DNA of 42,535 bases from an uncultured Candidatus Saccharibacteria bacterium (lineage in GTDB: Bacteria > Patescibacteriota > Minisyncoccia > Phycocordibacterales > UBA2100): the NCBI GenBank assembly GCA_964393065.1, contig CAYMRY010000002.1, positions 1 through 42,535 on the forward strand, given 5' to 3'. This document shows positions 16,682 to 24,797 of this stretch, one piece after another. The position numbers were made by a program, and so were the translations under genes. Below the pieces are notes generated by a model. It searched no databases, was not told the origin of the DNA, and saw nothing but the letters and a program-made list of their open reading frames with translations. Each line of letters starts with the position of its first letter. Within the stretch, counting starts at the first letter, position 1.

Positions 16682-17608
16682 ATGAACACTAGTTTAGAAA
16701 GCACCAAAATTGTTCCCCACCTGTGGTTCGACAAAGAAGCGAAAGAGGCCGCACAATTTTATACTGCTCTTTTTGAAAACTCCAAAGTGACGAATACGAG
16801 CGTTATCAAAAACACACCTTCCGGAGATTGCGATATTGTCTCGTTTGAGCTCGGTGGTCAGCCATTCATGGCCATAAGTGCAGGACCCTACTTCAAGCCA
16901 ACGCCTGCGATCTCTTTTATGGTTAATTTTGACCCTTCGAAAGACAAGGAAGCTGCGCAGCACCTCGATAACGCTTGGACAAAGCTTTCGGATGGAGGAA
17001 AAATCTTGATGGATATCGGTGAGTATCCCTTCAGTAAACGGTACGGGTGGATTCAAGACAGGTACGGCTTTTCCTGGCAGTTGATACTGACGAATCCTGA
17101 GGGAGAGGAGCGGCCTTTTATTATCCCTACCCTTCTTTTCGTTTCAGACGCTGGCAAAATAGCAGAAGAGGCAACTGATTACTACCTGACAATCTTTAAA
17201 CATGCTCGGCGTGGCGCACTTTCCCTCTACCAAAAGGGTATGGGACCAAATACCGAAGGCGCTATTATGTTCACCGACTTTACCCTCGAAGGACAGTGGT
17301 TTGCTGCCATGGATGGTATTTCACGAATACATGCGTTTACATTCAATGAGGCTGTGTCTTTCATGGTCAATTGTGAGGAACAAGCAGAAATTGACTACTA
17401 TTGGAAAGCGCTCTCGGCAGTACCAGAATCAGAACAGTGCGGATGGCTAAAAGACAAATATGGTGTATCGTGGCAAATAGTTCCCCGCGCAATGAACGAA
17501 ATGATGACGTCCGACGATCGCGACGCCACCGATCGTGTGACGCGGGCGTTCCTCGCAATGAAAAAGTTCGACATTGCAACATTACAAGCTGCGTATGAGG
17601 GTAAATAA
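16682..17608 (+). CDS. two-domain VOC-superfamily protein (tandem PhnB/3-dmu-9_3-mt-like domains)
   Basis: First half: VPHLWFDKEAKEAAQFYTALF and YGWIQDRYGFSWQL. Second half: the fold repeats with GWLKDKYGVSWQIV. Confidence 0.8.
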   Translation: MNTSLESTKIVPHLWFDKEAKEAAQFYTALFENSKVTNTSVIKNTPSGDCDIVSFELGGQPFMAISAGPYFKPTPAISFMVNFDPSKDKEAAQHLDNAWTKLSDGGKILMDIGEYPFSKRYGWIQDRYGFSWQLILTNPEGEERPFIIPTLLFVSDAGKIAEEATDYYLTIFKHARRGALSLYQKGMGPNTEGAIMFTDFTLEGQWFAAMDGISRIHAFTFNEAVSFMVNCEEQAEIDYYWKALSAVPESEQCGWLKDKYGVSWQIVPRAMNEMMTSDDRDATDRVTRAFLAMKKFDIATLQAAYEGK

Positions 17609-17615
17609 TTATTCT

Positions 17616-18005
17616 ATGAAAGGAAGTTATGTAGATGGATTTGTGTTCCCTGTTGCGAAAAATAAGTTAAAAGCGTACAAAAAGATGGCATCAGAGGGTG
17701 CAAAAGTATGGACGAAATTCGGAGCACTCGCATACTATGAATGTATGGGTGATGATCTGAAGCCAAAGACAGACCCAAGTGGCTCAGCACCACGCTCGTT
17801 TACCGAGCTCGCAAACGCAAAACCAGGTGACACCGTATGGTTTTCATTTATTGTCTTCAAAAATCGTGCGCATCGCGACTCGGTCAATAAAAAAGTAATG
17901 GCCTATTTCGATAAGAAATACGCGAATGCAAAAGATATGGTAATGCCCTTTGACCCCCGTGCGATGGCTTACGGCGGATTCAAAGCTGAGATAAAAATTT
18001 CTTAA
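17616..18005 (+). CDS. DUF1428 family protein (YbaA-like)
   Basis: MKGSYVDGFVFPVAKNKLKAYKKMA...FGALAYYEC...PFDPRAMAYGGF is collinear with E. coli YbaA as I recall it. The ATG at 17616 is preferred over the longer ORF start at 17574, which overlaps the previous gene. Confidence 0.8.
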   Translation: MKGSYVDGFVFPVAKNKLKAYKKMASEGAKVWTKFGALAYYECMGDDLKPKTDPSGSAPRSFTELANAKPGDTVWFSFIVFKNRAHRDSVNKKVMAYFDKKYANAKDMVMPFDPRAMAYGGFKAEIKIS

Positions 18006-18033
18006 TGACGTTGCTACCCTCCTCACACTTCCT

Positions 18034-18285
18034 ATGAGCATCGGCGGGATACACCGTGGCACCATACACGCGCTTCCCGAAGATTTGCGGCGCGCATTAG
18101 AGCGATCGCCCAAAGCTCGTGCGACATGGCAAGATGTAACTCCGCTTGCGCGCAACGAGTGGATCTGTTGGGTCACTTCCGGCAAGAAGGCGGAAACGCG
18201 AACTATACGCATCGAAAAAGCGCTCTCAAAACTCAAGGGCGGCATGCGCAGGCCGTGCTGCTGGGCTGGATGTATCCACCGATAA
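18034..18285 (+). CDS. YdeI/OmpD-associated family protein
   Basis: TPLARNEWICWVTSGKKAETRTIRIEKALSKLKGGMRRPCCWAGCIHR is the characteristic C-terminal signature of this family. Confidence 0.8.
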   Translation: MSIGGIHRGTIHALPEDLRRALERSPKARATWQDVTPLARNEWICWVTSGKKAETRTIRIEKALSKLKGGMRRPCCWAGCIHR

Positions 18286-18336
18286 AAATCGTGCACTATT
18301 ATTGTGTTTTATGAGGAAGCGACTACAATTGTCGCT

Positions 18337-18828
18337 ATGAATAACGCAGTGATATTTGGAATTATTGGCATCGGTGTCGGTCTTATTGGCGGATATTTTT
18401 TACTCAGTCCACAAGCGACGGAAGTATCACCGATGCAGGATGAATCGCATTCCACAATGGAGACCGTGAGCTCTGCTCCTCATGTCGCTCATACGACGCT
18501 TGAGATCGATGCAGCAAAACCAATTCCTCGCGTAGCCCTCGAAGCTCTTCCCGATTCCAAGGACGGCTACAACCTCCATATCACCGCGACCAATTTTACC
18601 TTCACGCCTGAAAAAGCAGGGCAATCCCCTATTGCAAATGAAGGCCATGCACATTTGTTTATTAATGGGGTCAAAGTCGCTCGCCTTTATGGCCCGTGGT
18701 TCTATGTGGGAAGTTCACTCTTCAGAAAAGGAGAAAACACGGTAGAAGTCACTCTCAACGCAAACGATCACTCAGAATGGACGCTCGGCGAACAGCATAT
18801 TGCAGCCGACATACTTATTACCAAATAG
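18337..18828 (+). CDS. membrane-anchored extracytoplasmic hypothetical protein
   Basis: The ATG at 18337 gives MNNAVIFGIIGIGVGLIGGYFLL (TM anchor). The soluble domain contains EGHAHLFINGVKVARLYGPWFYV. No confident family assignment. Confidence 0.65.
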   Translation: MNNAVIFGIIGIGVGLIGGYFLLSPQATEVSPMQDESHSTMETVSSAPHVAHTTLEIDAAKPIPRVALEALPDSKDGYNLHITATNFTFTPEKAGQSPIANEGHAHLFINGVKVARLYGPWFYVGSSLFRKGENTVEVTLNANDHSEWTLGEQHIAADILITK

Positions 18829-18870
18829 GAACACCCCGCCTCTTGAGAGGCAGGGCGCTGCGTGCAGGCG

Positions 18871-19116
18871 CTATACTTCGTAGCCACGTTGTGCCATATC
18901 GAGCAGCGTTACGCCGCTCTCATGAGTTTCAATCTCGTACGTTTGGCCGTGTGGTTTTGCATGGCGACCGATAAGATCATCGCGTTCCTTTTCCGCCTCC
19001 TCTCGCGTCGGAAAACACCACAGATGACTGCGTCGCCAGGCACTCCACGACGGCCTTTTAACGATGTATCGTCGATAATGCGCATCGTCTCTGGTGAGCA
19101 TGTAGAGTTGCGTCAT
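18871..19116 (-). CDS. hypothetical small protein
   Basis: 81-aa ORF with GGAG 8 nt upstream of its ATG. Downstream lies a hairpin (18834-18855) whose single mismatch is a G.U pair only on the minus-strand RNA. The opposite-strand ORF 18862-19119 looks compositionally unnatural. Confidence 0.5.
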   Translation of the reverse strand: MTQLYMLTRDDAHYRRYIVKRPSWSAWRRSHLWCFPTREEAEKERDDLIGRHAKPHGQTYEIETHESGVTLLDMAQRGYEV

Positions 19117-19183
19117 TGATTGTACTCCTCTTCTTCCGCTATTATGCCACGTTTAGTACGCACAGTCGAAAGCTCTTGGTGAC

Positions 19184-19762
19184 CTAGATTGCAGCGCCAT
19201 CACCAAGTCCGTTTTCGACCTTAAAGCGTTCAATGACTTCCGGATGCTCGCCCTGGATGCAGGCTTGTACAAAGGCATCGGCACTCGCTCCGTCAGGAAA
19301 TGACATATATGCGAGTGCTCCCTCGCATACTGCTTGAATGTTGATTTTCCCCTGTGGTGCGCTCGGTTGGAGCATCTTCGTCACGGTAAAGACGCCTTTC
19401 ATATTGAATTTCATCCAGTGATCACTGCTCAATGCCTCTCGTATGACGACAAAGCCTTCTGCGGTAATATGCTCCCGTTCCTGAAATTGCCGCATTGCCT
19501 CCGCTGAAGCACCGAAATTGACGGCATAATATTCCCCACTATCCGAGCGTAATCCAAACGTGCAATCATCACCCTCAGGGACTGTTCCATCGCGGTACGG
19601 CAAGCAGGTATAGGTTCCTGAGAGCGTAACCTGCTGTGGGGTCGCATCAAGCGGAATATCCTCGGCAAGAATATTCGATGGGGTCGATGCAAGAAACCAG
19701 TACGCAATCGCGATCACGAGTAAAATTCCTAAAGCTGCAATTCCTAGTGTTTTTGTATTCAT
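19184..19762 (-). CDS. membrane-anchored or secreted hypothetical protein
   Basis: 192-aa ORF with the N-terminal anchor LGIAALGILLVIAIAYWFLA. No recognisable domain. Confidence 0.65.
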   Translation of the reverse strand: MNTKTLGIAALGILLVIAIAYWFLASTPSNILAEDIPLDATPQQVTLSGTYTCLPYRDGTVPEGDDCTFGLRSDSGEYYAVNFGASAEAMRQFQEREHITAEGFVVIREALSSDHWMKFNMKGVFTVTKMLQPSAPQGKINIQAVCEGALAYMSFPDGASADAFVQACIQGEHPEVIERFKVENGLGDGAAI

Positions 19763-19824
19763 AGGGTTGTACTAATCAGACGCTTCAGTGTGAATATACT
19801 TTCATATACTCTTGGGGCACAATC

Positions 19825-20400
19825 CTATGGAAGTACAAAGAGTTGCCAGCCATAATATCCCGACAGAGCCACGAGTGTATTAAATATAATCTTGCCTGGT
19901 CCGACGCCAATAATCAGGCGCCACAGCGGATATTTTACAAGTCCTGCCGGCACCATCAATAAATCATCGGGAAATGGGCTGATCGCGTATATGAATGCAA
20001 GAAACGGAAGGAGTGCAGGATGCCGTTTTTCCGCCCAGTCGTGTACTTTTTTAAAATGCATGAGTGCGCGCGGTGGTGCAATATCGCTACCCCGATACCC
20101 CAAATAGTATGAGGTAGAGTCGCCTACGAGTGTTCCCACACCCGCGGAAAGACCGAGAAAAAAAGGATTCAGCCCTGCAGCACCAAAGGAAAGCGTAAAG
20201 AGGTAATACGGAAAAGGAAAAAGAATTGACGTTCCCCCTAAGAGCGCCAAGAATAGGAGGAGCACGTACGAGTTTTCGACGCCGATCCAGGTAGCGATCG
20301 ATTCAGGCGAGTTGAAATAGAGTACTACCGACCACGCAATGAAAAGGCCGACCACAGCGACGATACCTACCATCCGCTTTCTATGTGCCGCTCCATCCAT
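19825..20400 (-). CDS. DedA/YqaA-like (VTT/SNARE-associated domain) membrane protein
   Basis: Multi-pass membrane protein whose motif GTLVGDSTSYYLGYRG resembles the VTT-domain family. Confidence 0.6.
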   Translation of the reverse strand: MDGAAHRKRMVGIVAVVGLFIAWSVVLYFNSPESIATWIGVENSYVLLLFLALLGGTSILFPFPYYLFTLSFGAAGLNPFFLGLSAGVGTLVGDSTSYYLGYRGSDIAPPRALMHFKKVHDWAEKRHPALLPFLAFIYAISPFPDDLLMVPAGLVKYPLWRLIIGVGPGKIIFNTLVALSGYYGWQLFVLP

Positions 20401-20463
20401 CTGCTAAGTATGTCACGAAATAATGACTCGCTATACTTAAATATCTACGGTATACTGAGCCGC

Positions 20464-20589
20464 ATGAGTATTGGAAGAATTTCGCCAATCGAGAGGAAGA
20501 AGTCGCATTCCCGCAAGACAAAGAAGCGTCTCGCGATCAAATCTGCGATGCTCGCCGCTCGTGCAGCAAAAAAAGGCAAACGCCGCTAA
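20464..20589 (+). CDS. possible 41-aa highly basic protein
   Basis: MSIGRISPIERKKSHSRKTKKRLAIKSAMLAARAAKKGKRR. A TATACT box ends 7 nt upstream of the ATG, and a hairpin plus T5 lies 19 nt after the stop. Confidence 0.35.
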   Translation: MSIGRISPIERKKSHSRKTKKRLAIKSAMLAARAAKKGKRR

Positions 20590-20607
20590 CTATAGCGTCT
20601 GAAATAA

Positions 20608-20629
20608 GACCACAAGGTGGTCCGTTTTT
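20608..20629 (+). terminator. small rho-independent terminator
   Basis: GACCAC / GTGGTC stem, then CCGTTTTTG. Confidence 0.5.
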
Positions 20630-20674
20630 GATATGAAATTGAGAGCTTGCGTTGCGGCGGACCAACGAGGCGGA

Positions 20675-21067
20675 TTACATCGAAAGACAACTTCTGCCCT
20701 GATATATTTCCATCGGACTGGGGAAGGACCCCGCCATAATCTCTTTTGCACGCGCTTCTCCAACCGCGCGAATCAGGCATTCCTTTTGACTTGTAGTAAG
20801 AGAGTTCGGAAGTACTTCAGGCGAAATTCCAACCGTGCGTAGTGCGGCTTCCTGTGAAGCAGAAAGATACGGATGCGCATCTTCAACTTTGTCTACTTCA
20901 TTTGGCGAGGTAGAAGAAATTGTCGTACTTGATTGTACCTGTTGATACGAAGTGAGAAGCGTTTGCGTGGAAACTTGCCCAGAATAAAGTAGATATCCGA
21001 CGTAACAGAGCAAGCAAAAAAACACCACACCGAGAAGCACGAAAATATATTTAATGAAAGCTAGCAT
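20675..21067 (-). CDS. membrane-anchored hypothetical protein
   Basis: The ATG at 21067 gives MLAFIKYIFVLLGVVFFCLLCYVGYLLY (TM anchor). The longer ORF to 21295 would run through the terminator at 21141-21172 and overlap the next gene. Confidence 0.6.
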   Translation of the reverse strand: MLAFIKYIFVLLGVVFFCLLCYVGYLLYSGQVSTQTLLTSYQQVQSSTTISSTSPNEVDKVEDAHPYLSASQEAALRTVGISPEVLPNSLTTSQKECLIRAVGEARAKEIMAGSFPSPMEIYQGRSCLSM

Positions 21068-21140
21068 GCAACAAGTATAACGAATCCACCCAAATAGGAT
21101 ACAAAGAATGTGTCGCAGTATAACTTTACCCCCATGCAAG

Positions 21141-21172
21141 AAAAAGAGTGGCCGGCGCACAAAGCGCCGGCC
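21141..21172 (-). terminator. rho-independent terminator of the DUF1311-like gene
   Basis: Stem GGCCGGCGC / GCGCCGGCC (9 bp). On the minus strand it is followed by ACTCTTTTT. Confidence 0.75.
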
Positions 21173-21203
21173 TCGATTTCCTAAACGCTCCAACAACTTA
21201 TTC

Positions 21204-21518
21204 TCAGTAGTTGTTGAGCTCCTGAATGCGATCGTTGTACGCGCGCCGGATGCAGTTGGCATCGGAGCACCCATTGCGGTGGCGAATCCAGCCACGCTGG
21301 CTGTCTCGCAGATTCTCTCGGGCGTCCCTTGGAAGCCGCGCCTGCAGGTCGTGATAGAGGCGCGACATGTCGTTGTCGAGCGCCATCAGCGAAGGATCCC
21401 GGCAGACAATGATCTCAGCTTGCCCGGTATCCCGGCTGCAGGAGATTTGCGCCTGAGCGCACTGCGCAAAAAACGAAGCGAGACACAGCATCCCGCCCAC
21501 AACGACTCTCTTAAGCAT
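21204..21518 (-). CDS. secreted DUF1311 / LprI-like (lysozyme-inhibitor LprI N-terminal domain) protein
   Basis: Signal peptide MLKRVVVGGMLCLASFFAQCAQA. The Cys/Trp pattern (IVCRDPSLMALDNDMSRLY, QRGWIRHRNGC, C, RIQEL) fits this family. An AGAGAGG SD is present. GC is about 63-68% in hand-counted 60-nt lines. Confidence 0.8.
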   Translation of the reverse strand: MLKRVVVGGMLCLASFFAQCAQAQISCSRDTGQAEIIVCRDPSLMALDNDMSRLYHDLQARLPRDARENLRDSQRGWIRHRNGCSDANCIRRAYNDRIQELNNY

Positions 21519-21741
21519 GAGTACCTCTCTTTTCTAACGCGAGAACTTCTCGCGCGAGTAAGATACTACCATTAGACAATTTCACGTACAACGTCCGTGC
21601 TATTAGTTTGCCGCGCATTAAACAATATTTTTAGTGCGGCTACACATACACAACTTCATGAAGACATAGTATTATCGTGCGGGGAATTTCCCTCACGGTG
21701 AGAACTCATCGTGGTCACGAACACAACAGAAGAGGTGCAGT

Positions 21742-22086
21742 ATGTTTCGTTCCCTATGCCTTTCCGCCATTTTTGCGGTCGGAATCAGTTGCGTACCGAC
21801 GCTGGCGAACGCCGCTTGTGTCGACGGCAAAGATCGAAACGTGACTATCATCAATGACAGCTCACGTACAATCGAGCGATTCTACGCGACGAACTCCCTA
21901 AACACGTCGTGGGGTAAGGATCGCATCAAGTACCTGATCGAACCAGGTGAGGAGCTTACAGTCGATATGGACGACGGCTCGTGTCGCTGCGAAATGGATC
22001 TTCTCGCCATCACCACCGTTGGAACTCGCTTTACGAGAAGGAACTACGACGTCTGCAACGCAGAGAAGTGGCGTCTCGTGAATTGA
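21742..22086 (+). CDS. secreted Cys-containing hypothetical protein
   Basis: Signal peptide MFRSLCLSAIFAVGISCVPTLANA. A GAGGTG SD is present and a strong terminator follows. GC is about 58%. Confidence 0.7.
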   Translation: MFRSLCLSAIFAVGISCVPTLANAACVDGKDRNVTIINDSSRTIERFYATNSLNTSWGKDRIKYLIEPGEELTVDMDDGSCRCEMDLLAITTVGTRFTRRNYDVCNAEKWRLVN

Positions 22087-22112
22087 TTCAACAGCAGGCC
22101 ATGAACGCAATT

Positions 22113-22146
22113 GCCCCGCAGCCAATCGGCTGCGGGGATTTTTTTA
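22113..22146 (+). terminator. rho-independent terminator
   Basis: Stem CCCCGCAGCC / GGCTGCGGGG (10 bp, loop AATC), then ATTTTTTT. Confidence 0.85.
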
Positions 22147-22155
22147 CCCACTTCC

Positions 22156-22548
22156 CTACACCGTGATTCCCAAAATCGAGCGAATCTTGGTCACAAACTC
22201 TTCAAGATCGGTATCAGATTTAACAAAATAGTGCGCCGGTTCCATCGCTTCCACGTCGGCTTTTTCGGATTCGCTTGAGGGTTGAATATTGGTGAGAATA
22301 ACTGTCGGCACATGTGCTCCCCAATTACCACTTGCGCGCAGTTTTCTCAGCATTTCATAGCCTGACATCTCCGGCATCTTGATATCGAGCAAAATAAGAT
22401 CGGGCTCGCGATCAAGCGCGGTTGAGAGACCTTTCGCGCCATTTTCTGCCTGCAAGACAATAAAACCGTTCTGTTGTAAAAAGTTTGCAAGTACTTCTCG
22501 TAACTCCTTCTCGTCTTCAACTATCAGTATCGTTTTTGCATCGCTCAT
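22156..22548 (-). CDS. single-domain response regulator (receiver only)
   Basis: The ATG at 22548 gives MSDAKTILIVEDEKE. Further motifs: DLILLDIKMPEMSG, VILTN and YFVKSD. Confidence 0.85.
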   Translation of the reverse strand: MSDAKTILIVEDEKELREVLANFLQQNGFIVLQAENGAKGLSTALDREPDLILLDIKMPEMSGYEMLRKLRASGNWGAHVPTVILTNIQPSSESEKADVEAMEPAHYFVKSDTDLEEFVTKIRSILGITV

Positions 22549-22606
22549 GCGCTTAGTATACCGAAACAGCGCGTCCGCGCATACTCTGAAGCTGCGCGCC
22601 TGTGTA

Positions 22607-23206
22607 CTACTTTGCCGCAAGCGTGCGCTCCACGATCATGGCGAGCTCAGATTGAGTAGAAGGCACCGCGCTCAGCGGAATTTTGCCCACAATACGCATT
22701 TTGACGTTGCAGAGACCAAGCGCGATCGCGGGATTGGTTGCCTTCTTTGGCTTTCCTGATACACCAATGTCGACGACATCATTCTCATCCAAAAGTATGT
22801 CGATTTGATTGCGTTTTCGCTCATGCATGGAGTCGGCGATTACACGATATCCGATTAAGTGCTCGACAGTAGAGAAGCCACATGAGTGAGATTTGTGCGG
22901 GGCCTCAAGCGCAATAACCGTTCCAAAAGGAAGTTCTGCCGCCATGTCCTGGGAGCGTGCTGCGATGACTTCTGGATTGGTAGGAATACCGGAACCGGTA
23001 AGAAACGGCGTATCGTCCGTTTGTTCAGGAAGCGCGTTGTACGCGGTCAGTTTGACCGTACGCGCGTCTGATTTATTTAGCTCTCGTGTTATTGAGACCT
23101 TCTCAATGACCGGCGGCAAAACTGCTTCCGGACTGGTGGTAGCGGCAGAAATGCCGATTCCCGACCAAACAAAAAAGCCCGTTAGGGCTATAGCGATTTC
23201 TGTCAT
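22607..23206 (-). CDS. 3D-domain (MltA/RlpA-like double-psi barrel) cell-wall protein
   Basis: VKLTAYNALPEQTDDTPFLTGSG...LPFGTVIAL...IDILL matches the 3D-domain pattern. N-terminal anchor TEIAIALTGFFVWSGIGISAA. ATG at 23206. Confidence 0.75.
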   Translation of the reverse strand: MTEIAIALTGFFVWSGIGISAATTSPEAVLPPVIEKVSITRELNKSDARTVKLTAYNALPEQTDDTPFLTGSGIPTNPEVIAARSQDMAAELPFGTVIALEAPHKSHSCGFSTVEHLIGYRVIADSMHERKRNQIDILLDENDVVDIGVSGKPKKATNPAIALGLCNVKMRIVGKIPLSAVPSTQSELAMIVERTLAAK

Positions 23207-23340
23207 ACGAGTAAGGCAAAAAAGCCTTACGTAGAGCCACGGTATCACGTTTTCGAGCTAAAGTCAATTTGCACACATTGTTGCTTTTTGGAGAAAATGC
23301 GGTACATAGAAGCTTCCCAATAGCTCTTTAGGAGTCGAAT

Positions 23341-23622
23341 ATGGACCTCCACACCACAGCACTAGCTGCAATTCTTGTCAGCGTTGTCGTGAACGGAACT
23401 ATGCTCGCATGGGACAGCACGATTCGGGGCTATAACGCCAACCTTCTCGCCCTGTACTTAACTGTTCTGTGTATCGCATTCTTGTCGTGTCCAATTCCAA
23501 CGAACATCGTTCAGATGTTTTCGTACGAGAACACAGCCCGCGCTCTCTTCCCGGCGGTACTGAATGTGACTCTCTTTGTGGGGGCGTATTGTATTCTTCG
23601 AAATATGCCAGAGCGTGACTGA
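23341..23622 (+). CDS. small integral membrane protein
   Basis: 93-aa ORF with three hydrophobic helices. A strong terminator follows. Confidence 0.6.
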   Translation: MDLHTTALAAILVSVVVNGTMLAWDSTIRGYNANLLALYLTVLCIAFLSCPIPTNIVQMFSYENTARALFPAVLNVTLFVGAYCILRNMPERD

Positions 23623-23630
23623 TCTCTATT

Positions 23631-23666
23631 GCCCCGCCGTTCTTCGATGGCGGGGCTGCTTTTTTA
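23631..23666 (+). terminator. rho-independent terminator
   Basis: Stem GCCCCGCC / GGCGGGGC, then TGCTTTTTT. Confidence 0.85.
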
Positions 23667-23679
23667 AATTGAGACGGCC

Positions 23680-24393
23680 TCAGGAGCTAGATTTCGATGC
23701 GAGTATTGGGGTCCAATTTTGTGGATCGAGTGAGCTTTGCCGCGAAATAAACTTATAGCCATGACGCTCGGCAAGCTCGCTCCACAACAATACTTCCTCG
23801 TGAAGATTATCAAGTACAAAGTCACCTTTTGCAGTGCGTGCCGTAAGTACCGCGTGTCCCTCGCCGGTTCCCGTACGCACAAAAGTGACGAGCAACTGTC
23901 CCGGAAGCCACCCTCTTTTGATGAGCTCTGCGCGTTTATTGTTCACATATTCCTCGCAATCCCCCCTCAAAGACAGTGTCCAGACATCCTCAGATCCATG
24001 CTCCTCCTGATCGGATACCGGAGTCATTTTTTTCGCAAACTCCTTGTGTACTTCACGCAATTGAAGAAGATCAAAATCGTTTCCTTCTTTTCGCTTCATA
24101 CGCAAAGTTTCTGGTAGGTCCGACTTCATACACTGCTCTGGATACGCACTGCAAAAGTTAGCAAATTCTCTCGGGGGCGGAGCGTCGCCGCCAATACGCA
24201 TCATTCGTGAATCGTAATTCGAATTCACAGATTCCGAAAACTTGTTGAGTGTTATATTCATTTTCCCTGAATCACTTGCGTTCGCCTGCGCGCCACCGAG
24301 AAGCGGAAGAACTACCGCTGTTGCCTTTAGTGCTTTACTTCCCAATACTTTAAATTTCTCTCGCATAGGGAAAGTGTACCATTTCTTCTTCAT
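23680..24393 (-). CDS. bacterial transglutaminase-like cysteine peptidase (BTLCP, peptidase C93, LapG-type)
   Basis: The motifs GDCEEYVNNKRAELIKRGW, GEGHAVLTARTAKGDFVLDNL carry the Cys-His-Asp triad in the spacing typical of BTLCP. An N-terminal signal-like segment is present. Confidence 0.85.
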   Translation of the reverse strand: MKKKWYTFPMREKFKVLGSKALKATAVVLPLLGGAQANASDSGKMNITLNKFSESVNSNYDSRMMRIGGDAPPPREFANFCSAYPEQCMKSDLPETLRMKRKEGNDFDLLQLREVHKEFAKKMTPVSDQEEHGSEDVWTLSLRGDCEEYVNNKRAELIKRGWLPGQLLVTFVRTGTGEGHAVLTARTAKGDFVLDNLHEEVLLWSELAERHGYKFISRQSSLDPQNWTPILASKSSS

Positions 24394-24447
24394 TGACTCA
24401 TTGCATCCATCATCATAGGCTTGCTCAGGAGCTAAGCGGAGGATTCC

Positions 24448-24672
24448 ATGAGCTGCAAGGACGTCGTAAGCATCGTCGCACTTATAGTGCTCTCCATATA
24501 CTTGTTAGTGCGAGAGGAAACGGAGGTGCTGTATGTCTCGATTAACGATCTTGTTATCGTCTCCTTAATCGTAGTCGTCGTAGGAGCGTGCATAGCGCGT
24601 GTACACAACGAATACAGAAAGGAGGCAGATCGAAAGAAACGATTGGAGCAGTTCAAATCGCGATGGGAATAA
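24448..24672 (+). CDS. small two-helix membrane protein with basic tail
   Basis: GGAGG lies 5 nt upstream of the ATG. Two hydrophobic helices are followed by EYRKEADRKKRLEQFKSRWE. A terminator follows. Confidence 0.6.
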   Translation: MSCKDVVSIVALIVLSIYLLVREETEVLYVSINDLVIVSLIVVVVGACIARVHNEYRKEADRKKRLEQFKSRWE

Positions 24673-24691
24673 ACCGCGCTGCTAGGCATCA

Positions 24692-24727
24692 AAGAGGACC
24701 CGCATCGAGCGAGTCCTCTTTACTTTT
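24692..24727 (+). terminator. rho-independent terminator
   Basis: Stem AAGAGGAC / GTCCTCTT, then TACTTTTG. Confidence 0.65.
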
Positions 24728-24797
24728 GAGCACTGTTACCCACAGGTGCGTCAATAGACAGTACGGAGGGGTAACGTACTATAAAGCCAACGACACC

